Assembly: GCF_006345805.1 (NCBI RefSeq)
Contig: NC_042999.1
Coordinates: forward strand, 169,756,001-169,820,000
Reading direction: 5' to 3'
From: Octopus sinensis
Lineage: Eukaryota
DNA length: 64,000 bases
Under the pieces are notes generated by a model. That model was not told where the DNA came from and did not search any database. It was given only the letters and a program-made list of their open reading frames with translations. Position numbers and translations under genes: made by a program. The first letter of the stretch is position 1. Every line of letters begins with the position of its first letter. This document shows, in pieces, positions 55,262 to 64,000 of the stretch.

Positions 55262-55710
55262 CCGTATTTTCTGGTGTATAAGATGCTATTTTTTACCTGA
55301 AAAATTTAGTGTGTGGCTTATAGAAAGGTGTGTATTTTTCTAGGACTGACCATCTAGCTTTCTTGCCACGATTTGCTCTTTTGGTCTTTTTGGTCAGTTG
55401 TAATGAATCTTCTTCTTTGCGCCATGAATGGACCATGGTTTCATTTATGCTGCACTGCCTGGCTCTGGCTCTGTTATCATTTTCTTTTGCGTAGTTGATA
55501 CGTTCTAACTTGAAAGCAGCTGTGTAACTCTTTCTCGGAAGCATTTTCAAACTATATACACGTCAACAATAAAAAAGCTAGCTGTGGACCTGTAGCTCTA
55601 TAGATCCCTTAAACACTGGTATGATTTATGTGTGGATAAAAGCAAAATTTTCCCCAAAATTTGGCCCTTCGGCTTAAATAGCAATGCGTTTTGTTAACCA
55701 GAAAATATGG
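55262..55710 (-). mobile_element. pogo/Tc1-mariner-type internal-deletion derivative with Brinker-like DNA-binding domain remnant
   Basis: About 25-bp imperfect TIRs CCGTATTTTCTGGTGTATAAGATGC / GCGTTTTGTTAACCAGAAAATATGG, TA on the left. ORF 55293-55550 reads RKSYTAAFKL...SWRK...RGKKARW. Confidence 0.8.
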
Positions 55711-55926
55711 TTCTTTTCTACTTTTCCATTCTTCTCAAGTGTTAAACTAATACACCTGCTTCATGTTCCTTCACTTTGTCTTTTGCTTTCTGTAAATTTG
55801 AACTATATATATATATATATATAAATTCGATTAGAGTTTTATTAAACTCATGAAGGGATGGTTTCATCCAAGGAAATACTGGTTCAGTACCTTGTACTTT
55901 TGGGGAATTAATTTCCTTTATATAAT

Positions 55927-55978
<52 letters not shown>

Positions 55979-55982
<4 letters not shown>

Positions 55983-56148
55983 ATTTAGTTTATATTCATA
56001 TAAAAGAATAAATAAATAATTATATATATATATATATATATATAAACATTTAGTTTATATTCATATAAAAGAATAAATAAATAATTATATATATATATAT
56101 ATATATAAACATTTAGTTTATATTCATATAAAAGAATAAATAAATAAT

Positions 56149-56149
<1 letters not shown>
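55979..56149. repeat. Three identical 43-bp units separated by (TA)n
   Basis: AAACATTTAGTTTATATTCATATAAAAGAATAAATAAATAATT repeated three times. Confidence 0.95.
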
Positions 56150-56202
<53 letters not shown>

Positions 56203-56249
56203 CATTCATACATACATATATAAATAAATATATATATATTTAAAATATA

Positions 56250-56520
56250 AGAGTGTATATAATATTTTTATACACAAAGAGGAGACCATTGACAGGACTC
56301 CTTAAATGCTAAAAAGGCCAGTTAAAACCCAAACTATGAAAAAGATAATTCTAGTGTTATAACGGCATGCCTCATGAATTCTCTTTTTTGTGGTTTGGGT
56401 TTTAACTGGCCTTTTTAGCATGTAAGGAGTCCTGTCAATGGTCTCCTCTTTGTGTATAAAAATATTTTATACATTCTAACCATGCTAACCACTGGTAATA
56501 AATTATTTTAATTTATTACC
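56250..56520. repeat. Palindrome (56250-56477) plus GGTAAT...ATTACC hairpin (56494-56520) next to (TA)n
   Basis: About 100-bp arms with a 24-nt spacer, followed by CCACTGGTAATAAATT...AATTTATTACC. Confidence 0.9.
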
Positions 56521-56548
56521 CTCATATATATATCTTTCTTACCCTCAT

Positions 56549-56918
56549 TGATGGCACTCTGTCGATTATGATGACGAGGGTTCCAGTTGATCTGATCAAC
56601 GGAACAGCCTGCTCGTGGAATTAACGTGCAAGTGGCTGAGCATTCCACAGACACGTGCTCCCTTAATGTAGTTCTCGAGGATATTCAGCGTGACACAGAG
56701 TGTGACAAGGCTGGCTCCTTTGAAATACAGGTACAACAAAAAATGGGAAAAAAGAGTGAGAGAAAGTTGGGGTGAAAGAGTACAGCAGGGTTCATCCCCC
56801 CATCCTGCCGGAGCCTTGTCGAGCTTTAGGTGTTTTTGTTCAATAAACACTAACAATGCCCGGTCTGGGAATCGAAACCGCAATCCTAAGACCGCGAGTC
56901 CACTGTCCTAACTACTGA
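56549..56918 (-). mobile_element. SINE family F with long TSD
   Basis: Flanked by duplicated ATCTTTCTTACCCTCAT (56532-56548 and 56932-56948) plus adjacent TA. Confidence 0.85.
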
Positions 56919-56943
56919 TATATATATATAGATCTTTCTTACC

Positions 56944-56994
<51 letters not shown>

Positions 56995-57384
56995 GTAAAT
57001 CCCAAAAATCGAAGACAAATGCAAGAAAAAGTGTTAGCTGATGCTCAGGGAAGGAAAGAAAGATATATATATATAGGTAAGTAGTCCACATTACTCTGTA
57101 AGGAGCATGGGGCCAGTTTCTCAGGTGTATATATTCTTACCTGGATGGGAAACCAGTCTGTTGTAGGATTTTTCCAGCTGAGTAGACTGGAACAATGTGA
57201 AATGAAGTGAATCCAACACATTATTGCCCAGTTCAGGACTGGAAACCACAACCTTATGATAATGCACCCAACACCCTAACCACTAAGCCACATGTTTCTG
57301 CGTGTGTCTATGTGATGTGTGTTTGAGTAATGTATTATGTAGTGTCTAAGCACGTATGTGTATTTGTATGTGTGTATATGAGTT

Positions 57385-58000
57385 GTGGAGGCGCAATGGC
57401 CCAGTGGTTAGGGCAGTGGACTTGCGGTTGTAGGATCGTGGTTTCGATACCCAGACTGGGCGTTGTGAGTGTTTATTGAGTGAAAGCACTTAAAGCTCCA
57501 CGAGGCTCCTTCCTTCTTGAGCCATGTCTGGCTCGTAAGGGCCGGTTTCCTGGTTTCCTTGGCGTATAGGTTCCCCACCTGGACGGGACGCCAGTCCATT
57601 GCAGATGAGCTGCAAGATGCAGGAGGAAAGAGTGAGAGAAAGTTGTGGCGAAAGAGTCAGCAGAAGTTCACCATTACCTTCTGCTGGAGCCGCGTGGAGC
57701 TTAGGTGTTTTGCTCATAAACACACACATTGCCTGGTCTGAGATTCGAACCCACAATCCCTTGACTGCGAGTCTGCTGCTCTAACCACTAGGCCATGTGC
57801 CTTCACCATGAGGCTCCAGCAGAGGGTGGTGGCGATCCCTGCTGTACTCTTTTGCCACAACTTTCTCTCACTCTTTCTTCTGTTGGCCTGCTCGCTTAGC
57901 CAGAGGGGTGGCGTCATTTGAAGGCTAAAACAATATGAACCGCATTGTGACCAGTGATGTGTAGCAACATCTGATGGTCTGGTCGGCCACGGTGATCATG
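57385..58000 (+). mobile_element. SINE family F containing a nested inverted related SINE (57510-57806)
   Basis: Nested copy bounded by an 11-bp TSD CACGAGGCTCC / CATGAGGCTCC. Confidence 0.88.
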
Positions 58001-58091
58001 GTGTATGAGTTATTTGCATGTGTGTGTATGAATATATGTGTTCATATTATTCTAATGAAATTTTGATGATACACTTTTCTTCTAATTTCAG

Positions 58092-58155
58092 TCAAATATC
58101 AAAACTTCTTCGTCAAAGTCAACAATTTGCTGTCAATTTTATAGGAGAACATCAG
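58092..58155 (+). CDS. Flavin reductase-like protein, exon 4
   Basis: Acceptor TAATTTCAG|, donor CAG|GTTAGA, phase 2-0. Encodes (S)QISKLLRQSQQFAVNFIGEHQ, matching the family F.VN.L...Q motif. Confidence 0.88.
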
Positions 58156-58262
58156 GTTAGAGAAATGATATCTACTGACTTTAAAATCTTTATGAGTGGC
58201 ACGTAGTCCCCTTAGGTCTGGAGAGCAGTAACTTCATCTATAAGACTTTGTAGGAATATTAA

Positions 58263-58479
58263 CTCTTTTGTTACCATATTGCTATCAAGATTACACTGTC
58301 ACTGTTGCAATTAATTTTGAAAATAAAGCAGAATTTACTGAAATAATTCTGTTGTCATTAAGCTGGTGTTTGCAACATAAAAAGAAATTTTGGTGGAACA
58401 TTTATATTTAAAACGCTTTAAACAGGAAGTTTGTATCATAGAGCCAAGGGTTGTCTCAGGTGGGTTTGTACTAAAACTG
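58263..58479. mobile_element. Diverged piggyBac-like MITE
   Basis: TTAA|CTCTTTTGTTACC...GTACTAAAACTG|TTAA; internal TAAGCTGGTGTT and AGAGCCA blocks shared with the two copies above. Confidence 0.6.
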
Positions 58480-58914
58480 TTAAATTAACCCCACTATGCA
58501 GCTGGTACTTTATTTTATTGATTCCAAAAGGATGAAAGTCAAAGATGACCTCAGTGAGATTTCAACTCAGAATTTGAAGGACTGTTATAAATTACCACAA
58601 GCATCTTGTCTGATGTTGTCCATCTTCTGCCTATACTGAGTAAAGGCTGAGAAAAAAGGATCAAAAGTGTTTGCAGAGTTGATGTGTCTGTTAGCGCATT
58701 GGATAAGTAAGGAGACCAACTGATGCAGGCATTTTTTAAGATGGTAAATGATTCACCATTCAAATTCTTTCAAGTTATTATTGGATAGCTTTTCTGATGT
58801 GACCATTCTTCCACATCAGTGATTTATTGACAGCAAACCAAAAGTACTCAGGATTGACAATATTTCGATTGTGCTTCCTAATATAATTGTCAGATTATGT
58901 TACTATAGATAGGG

Positions 58915-59923
58915 TGTGAGATCTGGGGACTGTGTTGGTCAGATAAGCTGTTCAACTTCACTAGAATGTTCCTCATGCCATGCCATTGAGTAACAACTTT
59001 AGCTGTGTGAATTGGTGCATTATCATCCTGAAAAATTGCGTTTCCCTCCTGAAACAGTTCCGCAACCGTTGGATGAATTTGATCAGATAAAATGCTTAAA
59101 TAGTCTTCACTAGTAATTCTGCCATGAAGGGAAACATTGGGCCGGCGGATTTCTAAGATATATTCCCCCAGATCATCACAGATCCTTCTCCATGTTTAAC
59201 AGTTGGAAGAAGGCAGCCTGGGTCAAATGCTTCTTTTGGCTGTCTCCACATGTATACTTGGCTGTTGGTCGAAAATAAGGTAAAGGATGACTCGTCCAAG
59301 AAAATAACATTCTTCCACTGCTCTAGGGACCAATTCTGTAGGTTTTTACACCACTCTAAACGCTTGGCAACGTTTGTTTTTGAAAGTAGTGGTTTTCTGA
59401 TTGCAGCCCTCCCATGAAATCCAGCTCCTGGTGAACAGTTTTTGTGAAAACTGGGTTCTCGAGGTGGTCATTAAGCTCTGTAGTAATTTTGGGGGCTGTA
59501 CTTTTGTGATCCTTTTTAACAATTTGTGTATGAGTCCAACGGTCCCTATCTGAAAGTTTTGGTTTTCTTCTAGAGTTTTGTTTCGACAAGGAGGTTTTCC
59601 CCTCTTTCTCAAGGGCTGTCATTACTGTCGAGACAGTACTTCTTGATACACCAAACATTTCGGTTGTTTTCATTACGCTAGCACCTGCCATACAGGCACC
59701 AGCAATTTGACCTCTTTGAAAATCCGATAGATCTGTCATTTTAATGAATTTTAATTACCTTTTTCTGATGATATCTGAAAAGAAACGGCAATTTTAGCAA
59801 AACATATTAAGCAACACTAATAATAAATTAAAAAAAACCCCAAAAATAAACAGGCTTTTGATGGTTTTATAGATATTTCAAAATTAGGATGCTAGGTATT
59901 TCCATTATTTTGCCCAACCCCTG
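58915..59923 (-). mobile_element. Degenerate, truncated Tc1-family transposon
   Basis: TIR CAGGGGTTGGGCAAAATAATGGAAATACC after TA at the right end. Transposase from ATG 59739 (MTDLSDFQRGQIAG..., HTH region), frameshifted through FLDES, TVKHGEGSVMIWG, FQDDNAPIHTA to SPDL. The catalytic E and the left TIR were not found. Confidence 0.9.
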
Positions 59924-60682
59924 TATATATAAAATGCAGAAACTCACACACGCACATTCATGATATAAAGATTATTGATAGCACATACTTAATGTATGTA
60001 TTTTGTTTAAATCCTTTTGGCTGCAGTATTTTGTCCAGGGAAAATCCCTATAAGGTATAAGTGTGTTAAAAAAACCCTGCATTCCTCAAAAGTAAGTGAA
60101 ATAGATGAAGAATGATGGATATTGATATTTCACCTCATCAGTGCTATGTGCTCAAGTCACCCTTGAAACGAAGCTTGCTCTATGTTGTGTGTGCACGTGC
60201 AAATGTGTGACTGTTGATGTCTCATGGTTTTGGTTGAATGAGTGACATGGTGAATGAAGTTTACAGTCCTTGTTGACATCGTGACTGATCAAGACATTTT
60301 CAAAGTCCTGTGAAATATAAAATCTTTTCCTTGAAAAACATGTAAGGATTGGCAACAGGAAGAGTATCTGGCTGTAAAATACAACCTTAGCTTTTTCCTT
60401 TGTTCACCCCAGGCTAGTATGGCAAAATATGAACTACTGAATTTATGAACGCTGTCCACTTGTGTCCAAGGAAAACCATTTACATACAAAAAAAACATTA
60501 CCATCAAATTTGAGTTTTTTTTGTTTTCTAATGTATTTTATACAGCAATTATAATAAATCTGACTTAACAATCATTTTGCTCACTGCACATTTTACACAG
60601 ATATATTTTCCAGGATTTTAACATTATTTAAAAGTGCATATTGTATACAAATGACTATGGTATATCTTAATTTCTTTTACAG

Positions 60683-60766
60683 GTGAAATGTGCAGATATT
60701 TTTTCCACTCCACCACAACAAGATGAAGATCAGTTTTCAGGCGTGTCACACTATCTCACTAAAGAA
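60683..60766 (+). CDS. Flavin reductase-like protein, exon 5 (further exons not found in window)
   Basis: Acceptor TTCTTTTACAG|, donor GAA|GTAACT, phase 0-0. Encodes VKCADIFSTPPQQDEDQFSGVSHYLTKE, matching the family ..F......D.F motif that precedes G.P.L. Confidence 0.8.
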
Positions 60767-60944
60767 GTAACTATCACTATATATATATATATTTGTTTTT
60801 GAAGTGTTTTGTCAAGCAGTAGGGTTAATTACTCAGTGGCGCCATTGTAAGAAAAAGCAATAGTTAAATCAGTGTTAATATGTTTGGTGTTGTGATCATC
60901 GAAAAGCTAATTGAAAATAATTATGCAGTACATAGGCACTGGCA

Positions 60945-61455
60945 TGGCTTGCTTCTCGACCACATGGTTCTGTGTTTAGTATCATTGTGTGGCACACCTT
61001 GGGCAGGTGTCTTCTACTCTAGCTTCAGGCTGACCAAAACCTTGTGAGTGGATTTGGTAGATGGGAACTGAAAGAAGCCCATCACATATATATCATCATC
61101 ATCGTTTAACGTCCGATTTCCATGCTGGATGGTTTGACTGAGGACTGGTGAGCCAGAAGGTTGCACCAGGCTCAGTCTGATATGGTAATGTTTCTACAGC
61201 TGGATGCCTTTCCTAACACCACATATATATATATATATATATATATTTGTGTGTGTTTGTCTCCCACCACTGCCTGATGACGGTTGTTGGTTTGTTATGT
61301 CCCCATCACCTATCAGTTCAGCAAAAGAGACTGATGGAATAAGTACCAGGTTTAAAAAACCAGTAAGCACTGGGGTCAGTTTGTTTGACTAAAAATTCTT
61401 CAAGGTGGTGCCCCAGCATGGCCACAGTCCAATGACTGAAACAAGTAAAAGAATA
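60945..61455 (+). mobile_element. SINE family A interrupted by a family B fragment (about 61095-61220)
   Basis: Head and tail of family A separated by a CATCAT-tailed fragment at the internal microsatellite. Confidence 0.75.
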
Positions 61456-62388
61456 AAGAAAAGACAACATTGGCTCAATGACTAATGTTGTTTTGATCAT
61501 TTCAGACATGTTTTGGTCTTATTGGATCTCCTCAGGAAAGCATAGACCTCACTGTACTTACTGAAATAGGAGAGATTAGCAATTATATAAAATATGCTAA
61601 TTTCTCATACTTATTCATGTCCAATATTGTACATTTACCTAGGATTCTCTCATCACTACTTTGGCAAGAACACTGAAATGTATGTTTTACTGAGATGGTC
61701 TAATGAGACTGAAACATGTCTAGGATTCTCTCCCATACCTGATTAAATAATTAAAACAATATTGGTCATTGAATAAATGTTGCCTTAATTATTTCTAATT
61801 AAGTTTTTGAAACATACTACACTGGCTTAAAACTATGCCCAGGTCAATAAGGTGAGAACAATTAGGCTACAAGGCTCTCATCTGAATGGGATTAATCTCA
61901 CCCACCACAGAATTAATCTCTGGCTGCCACTGGTACCCGTTTTCAGCTGGGTGGACTGGAGCAATGTAAAATGAAGGGCCTTTCTCAAAGCAGCAAGACA
62001 TCTTCTGGTCTTATAATCACAATCACTATGTAACAATCATGAGCCTCACTCAAACTTAACATTACATATAGTATGCAGAATATGAGCCATTTTCTTTTGA
62101 TCTTTAATTGAAATTTCTTTTCAGCTGGAGAAAGCAAAGAGAAAAAAACAAAAAAACAAAAAAAAAAACTAATGGCATTTGTTTGTAAATCTGAAACAAA
62201 GAAAGGAGATCATTTCTGGGAATGGCTCTGTGGTTAAGAAGCTTTCTTAGCAATCACATGCTTGTAGGTTCATCCCCACTGGGCAAGTGTCTTGTACGAT
62301 AGACCTGCACTGACCAGTGCCTGGGGAATGAATTTGGGAGACAGTAACTGCGTGGAAGCTCCTCGTGTGTATATATATATATATATAT

Positions 62389-62580
62389 AGTTAATCCAAA
62401 CATGAAAGCACAAAAAAAACGTGAGGACGTGGAACAAATAAAGTATTATTGGACGCTCAGAAAAGAAGGAGGGTTTAACGTTTCGAGCAGAGCTCTTCGT
62501 CGGAAACATAGGAGAAGGAAAGATCCAGAGAAGGGAAGACAGAGGAGAAAAATCGCCAACGGTACACACGCGGTCACATT
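62389..62580 (-). mobile_element. Short (TA)n-embedded element with hammerhead-like motif (copy 2), inserted in the internal microsatellite of a SINE
   Basis: Reverse-strand homolog of 52941-53158 with the same terminal GGATTAACT|ATATAT junction. The host SINE head (about 62225-62370) and tail (about 62581-62780) flank it. Confidence 0.7.
62473..62507 (-). ncRNA. Minimal type I hammerhead ribozyme-like motif (U4C core variant)
   Basis: Minus strand reads GTTT-CCGACGA-A-GAGC(TCT)GCTC-GAAA-CGTT-AAAC. Differences from copy 1 fall only in N7, loop II and H17. Confidence 0.55.
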
Positions 62581-63487
62581 GTGTGTGTGTGCGTAAGTGT
62601 TTATTTCTCTGCTACTACCAGACAATTGAGGTTGGTTTGTTTACATCCCTGAATGTTAGTGGTTCAGCAAAAGAGACTGACGGAATAAATACTGAGGTTG
62701 CTTTTTGACTAAAACCCCTCAAGGTGTGCCTCAGCATGACCACAGTTCAATAAGTGAAACAACTAAACAATAAAAAAGATCAAATGAATTTCATGAAGTG
62801 AAATTATAAGTATAAAGAACTCTGATCTTTGTTTGCAGCTAAGAGACAACTCTGGACATGTTTCAGTCTATTAGACTTCATCAACATATAACCTACTGAA
62901 GGCTGCCTGATCAGTTAACGAAGATATGTCAAAATGTATTTATATTTCAGTGCATTAGGGAATTTAGTGAAAGCACATGACCTAAGGGTCAAGGTGTTTG
63001 GCCCCTGATTGCGTTCTTGAGAAAGGTGCTTTATTTCATGTTTGCTCCAGCCATAAGGACCAACAACAGCAACTAGATCAACTTTGTGATGAAATGGGCA
63101 TCCTTTCCAGTGGGAGTCCTCAAGGGAAGGAGCAGCGATTGCCCATTTCTTTATTTTCTGTTGTAGAAAGGCTGTCACGATATCGTGACCTGTGACCTGT
63201 CTCATCATTTATAAGCCTTGATTTGATAAGAAATGAAATAAGGCATGTTTGTTGCTTAGCTCAAAGTCAACCCTGATTGAGCAGAACCAAGATAAAAGGC
63301 ATTTCTGCCATGACTTCCCTGACTGCAGAAACTGTATGGAAGCTTGTTGTGTATATCTGTGTGTGTGTGTGTGAGTGCATGTGTGTGTGTGTGTGTGTGA
63401 GTGCATGTGTGTGTGTGTGAGTGCATGTGTGTGTGTGTGTGTGTGTGAGTGCATGTGTGGGTGTTTATTCCATTGCCACATCCTATT

Positions 63488-63884
63488 TACTCTCTCGTTA
63501 CTCTTTTACTTGTTTCAGTCATTTGACTGTGGCCATGTTGGAGCACCGCCTTTAGTTGAGCAAATCAACCCCAGGACTTATTCTTTGTGAGCCCAGTACT
63601 TATTCTATTGGTCTCTTTTGCTGAACTGCTAAGTTACAGGGACGTAAACACACCAGTATCGGTTGTCAAACGATGTTGGGGGGACAAACACAGACACACA
63701 AACATAAATATATATATATACATATATACGACGGGCTTCTTTCAGTTTCCGTCTACCAAATCCACTCACAAGGCTTTGGTCCACCCGAGGCTACAGTAGA
63801 AGACACTTGTCCAAGGTGCCATGCAGTGGGACTGAACCCGGAACCATGTGGTTCGTAAGCAAGCTACTTACCACACAGCCACTC
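63488..63884 (-). mobile_element. SINE family A
   Basis: Full-length homolog. Confidence 0.9.
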
Positions 63885-64000
63885 TTATATCTCTGTATCT
63901 TAGTGGTTCAGTAGAAGAGAATAATAGAATAAATACTAGGATTAATTTGTTTGGCTAAGACCCTTCAAGTGTGCCCCAGCATGGCCACAATCCCTTAACT

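Noticed and set aside
55847-55890. Hammerhead-like CTCATGA-AG-GGATG/CATCC-AAG-GAAA
   Set aside because: G5 is not conserved, extra bases lie before GAAA, and there is no proper NUH. Kept only as part of the multi-hairpin insert.
55979-56149. Repeat-spacer-like array (CRISPR?)
   Set aside because: The spacers are just (TA)n, the context is eukaryotic, and there are no cas genes.

Overview
AT-rich, microsatellite- and SINE-dense animal genomic DNA. The repeat families look like those of a coleoid cephalopod, most likely Octopus (inferred from recalled repeat consensus; no search was run). Three intron-containing protein genes are supported. (1) PFK (6-phosphofructokinase): first coding exon only, minus strand, 6811-6988; the rest lies beyond the left edge. 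(2) MRM2/FtsJ2 (mitochondrial rRNA 2'-O-methyltransferase): complete, two exons, minus strand, 45634-45943 joined to 25453-25892, 249 aa, K-D-K-E tetrad intact. (3) A flavin-reductase-like gene (HpaC/RutF type) with an apparent mitochondrial presequence, head-to-head with MRM2. It was rebuilt from five in-phase plus-strand exons (46748-60766) that the ORF track mostly misses; its 3' end was not found in the window. The rest is mostly mobile DNA: several tRNA-derived SINE families; RTE, CR1/L2 and R4/Dong LINE fragments; Tc1, pogo, Merlin, hAT, piggyBac-like, MULE-like and Helitron relics; and a tRNA-Glu pseudogene. The most unusual signal is a set of inserts sitting in (TA)n tracts. Two copies of a ~200-bp element carry a minimal type I hammerhead-ribozyme-like fold with a shared non-canonical CCGA core. 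Four long fold-back palindromes also abut (TA)n; one is centred on what looks like a hammerhead stem II, and two share a CCACTGGTAATAA...TTATTACC hairpin. Together these suggest a Penelope-like, TA-targeting, self-priming non-autonomous retroelement system (hypothesis). Repeat boundaries are read by eye and approximate unless a TSD or TIR is quoted.
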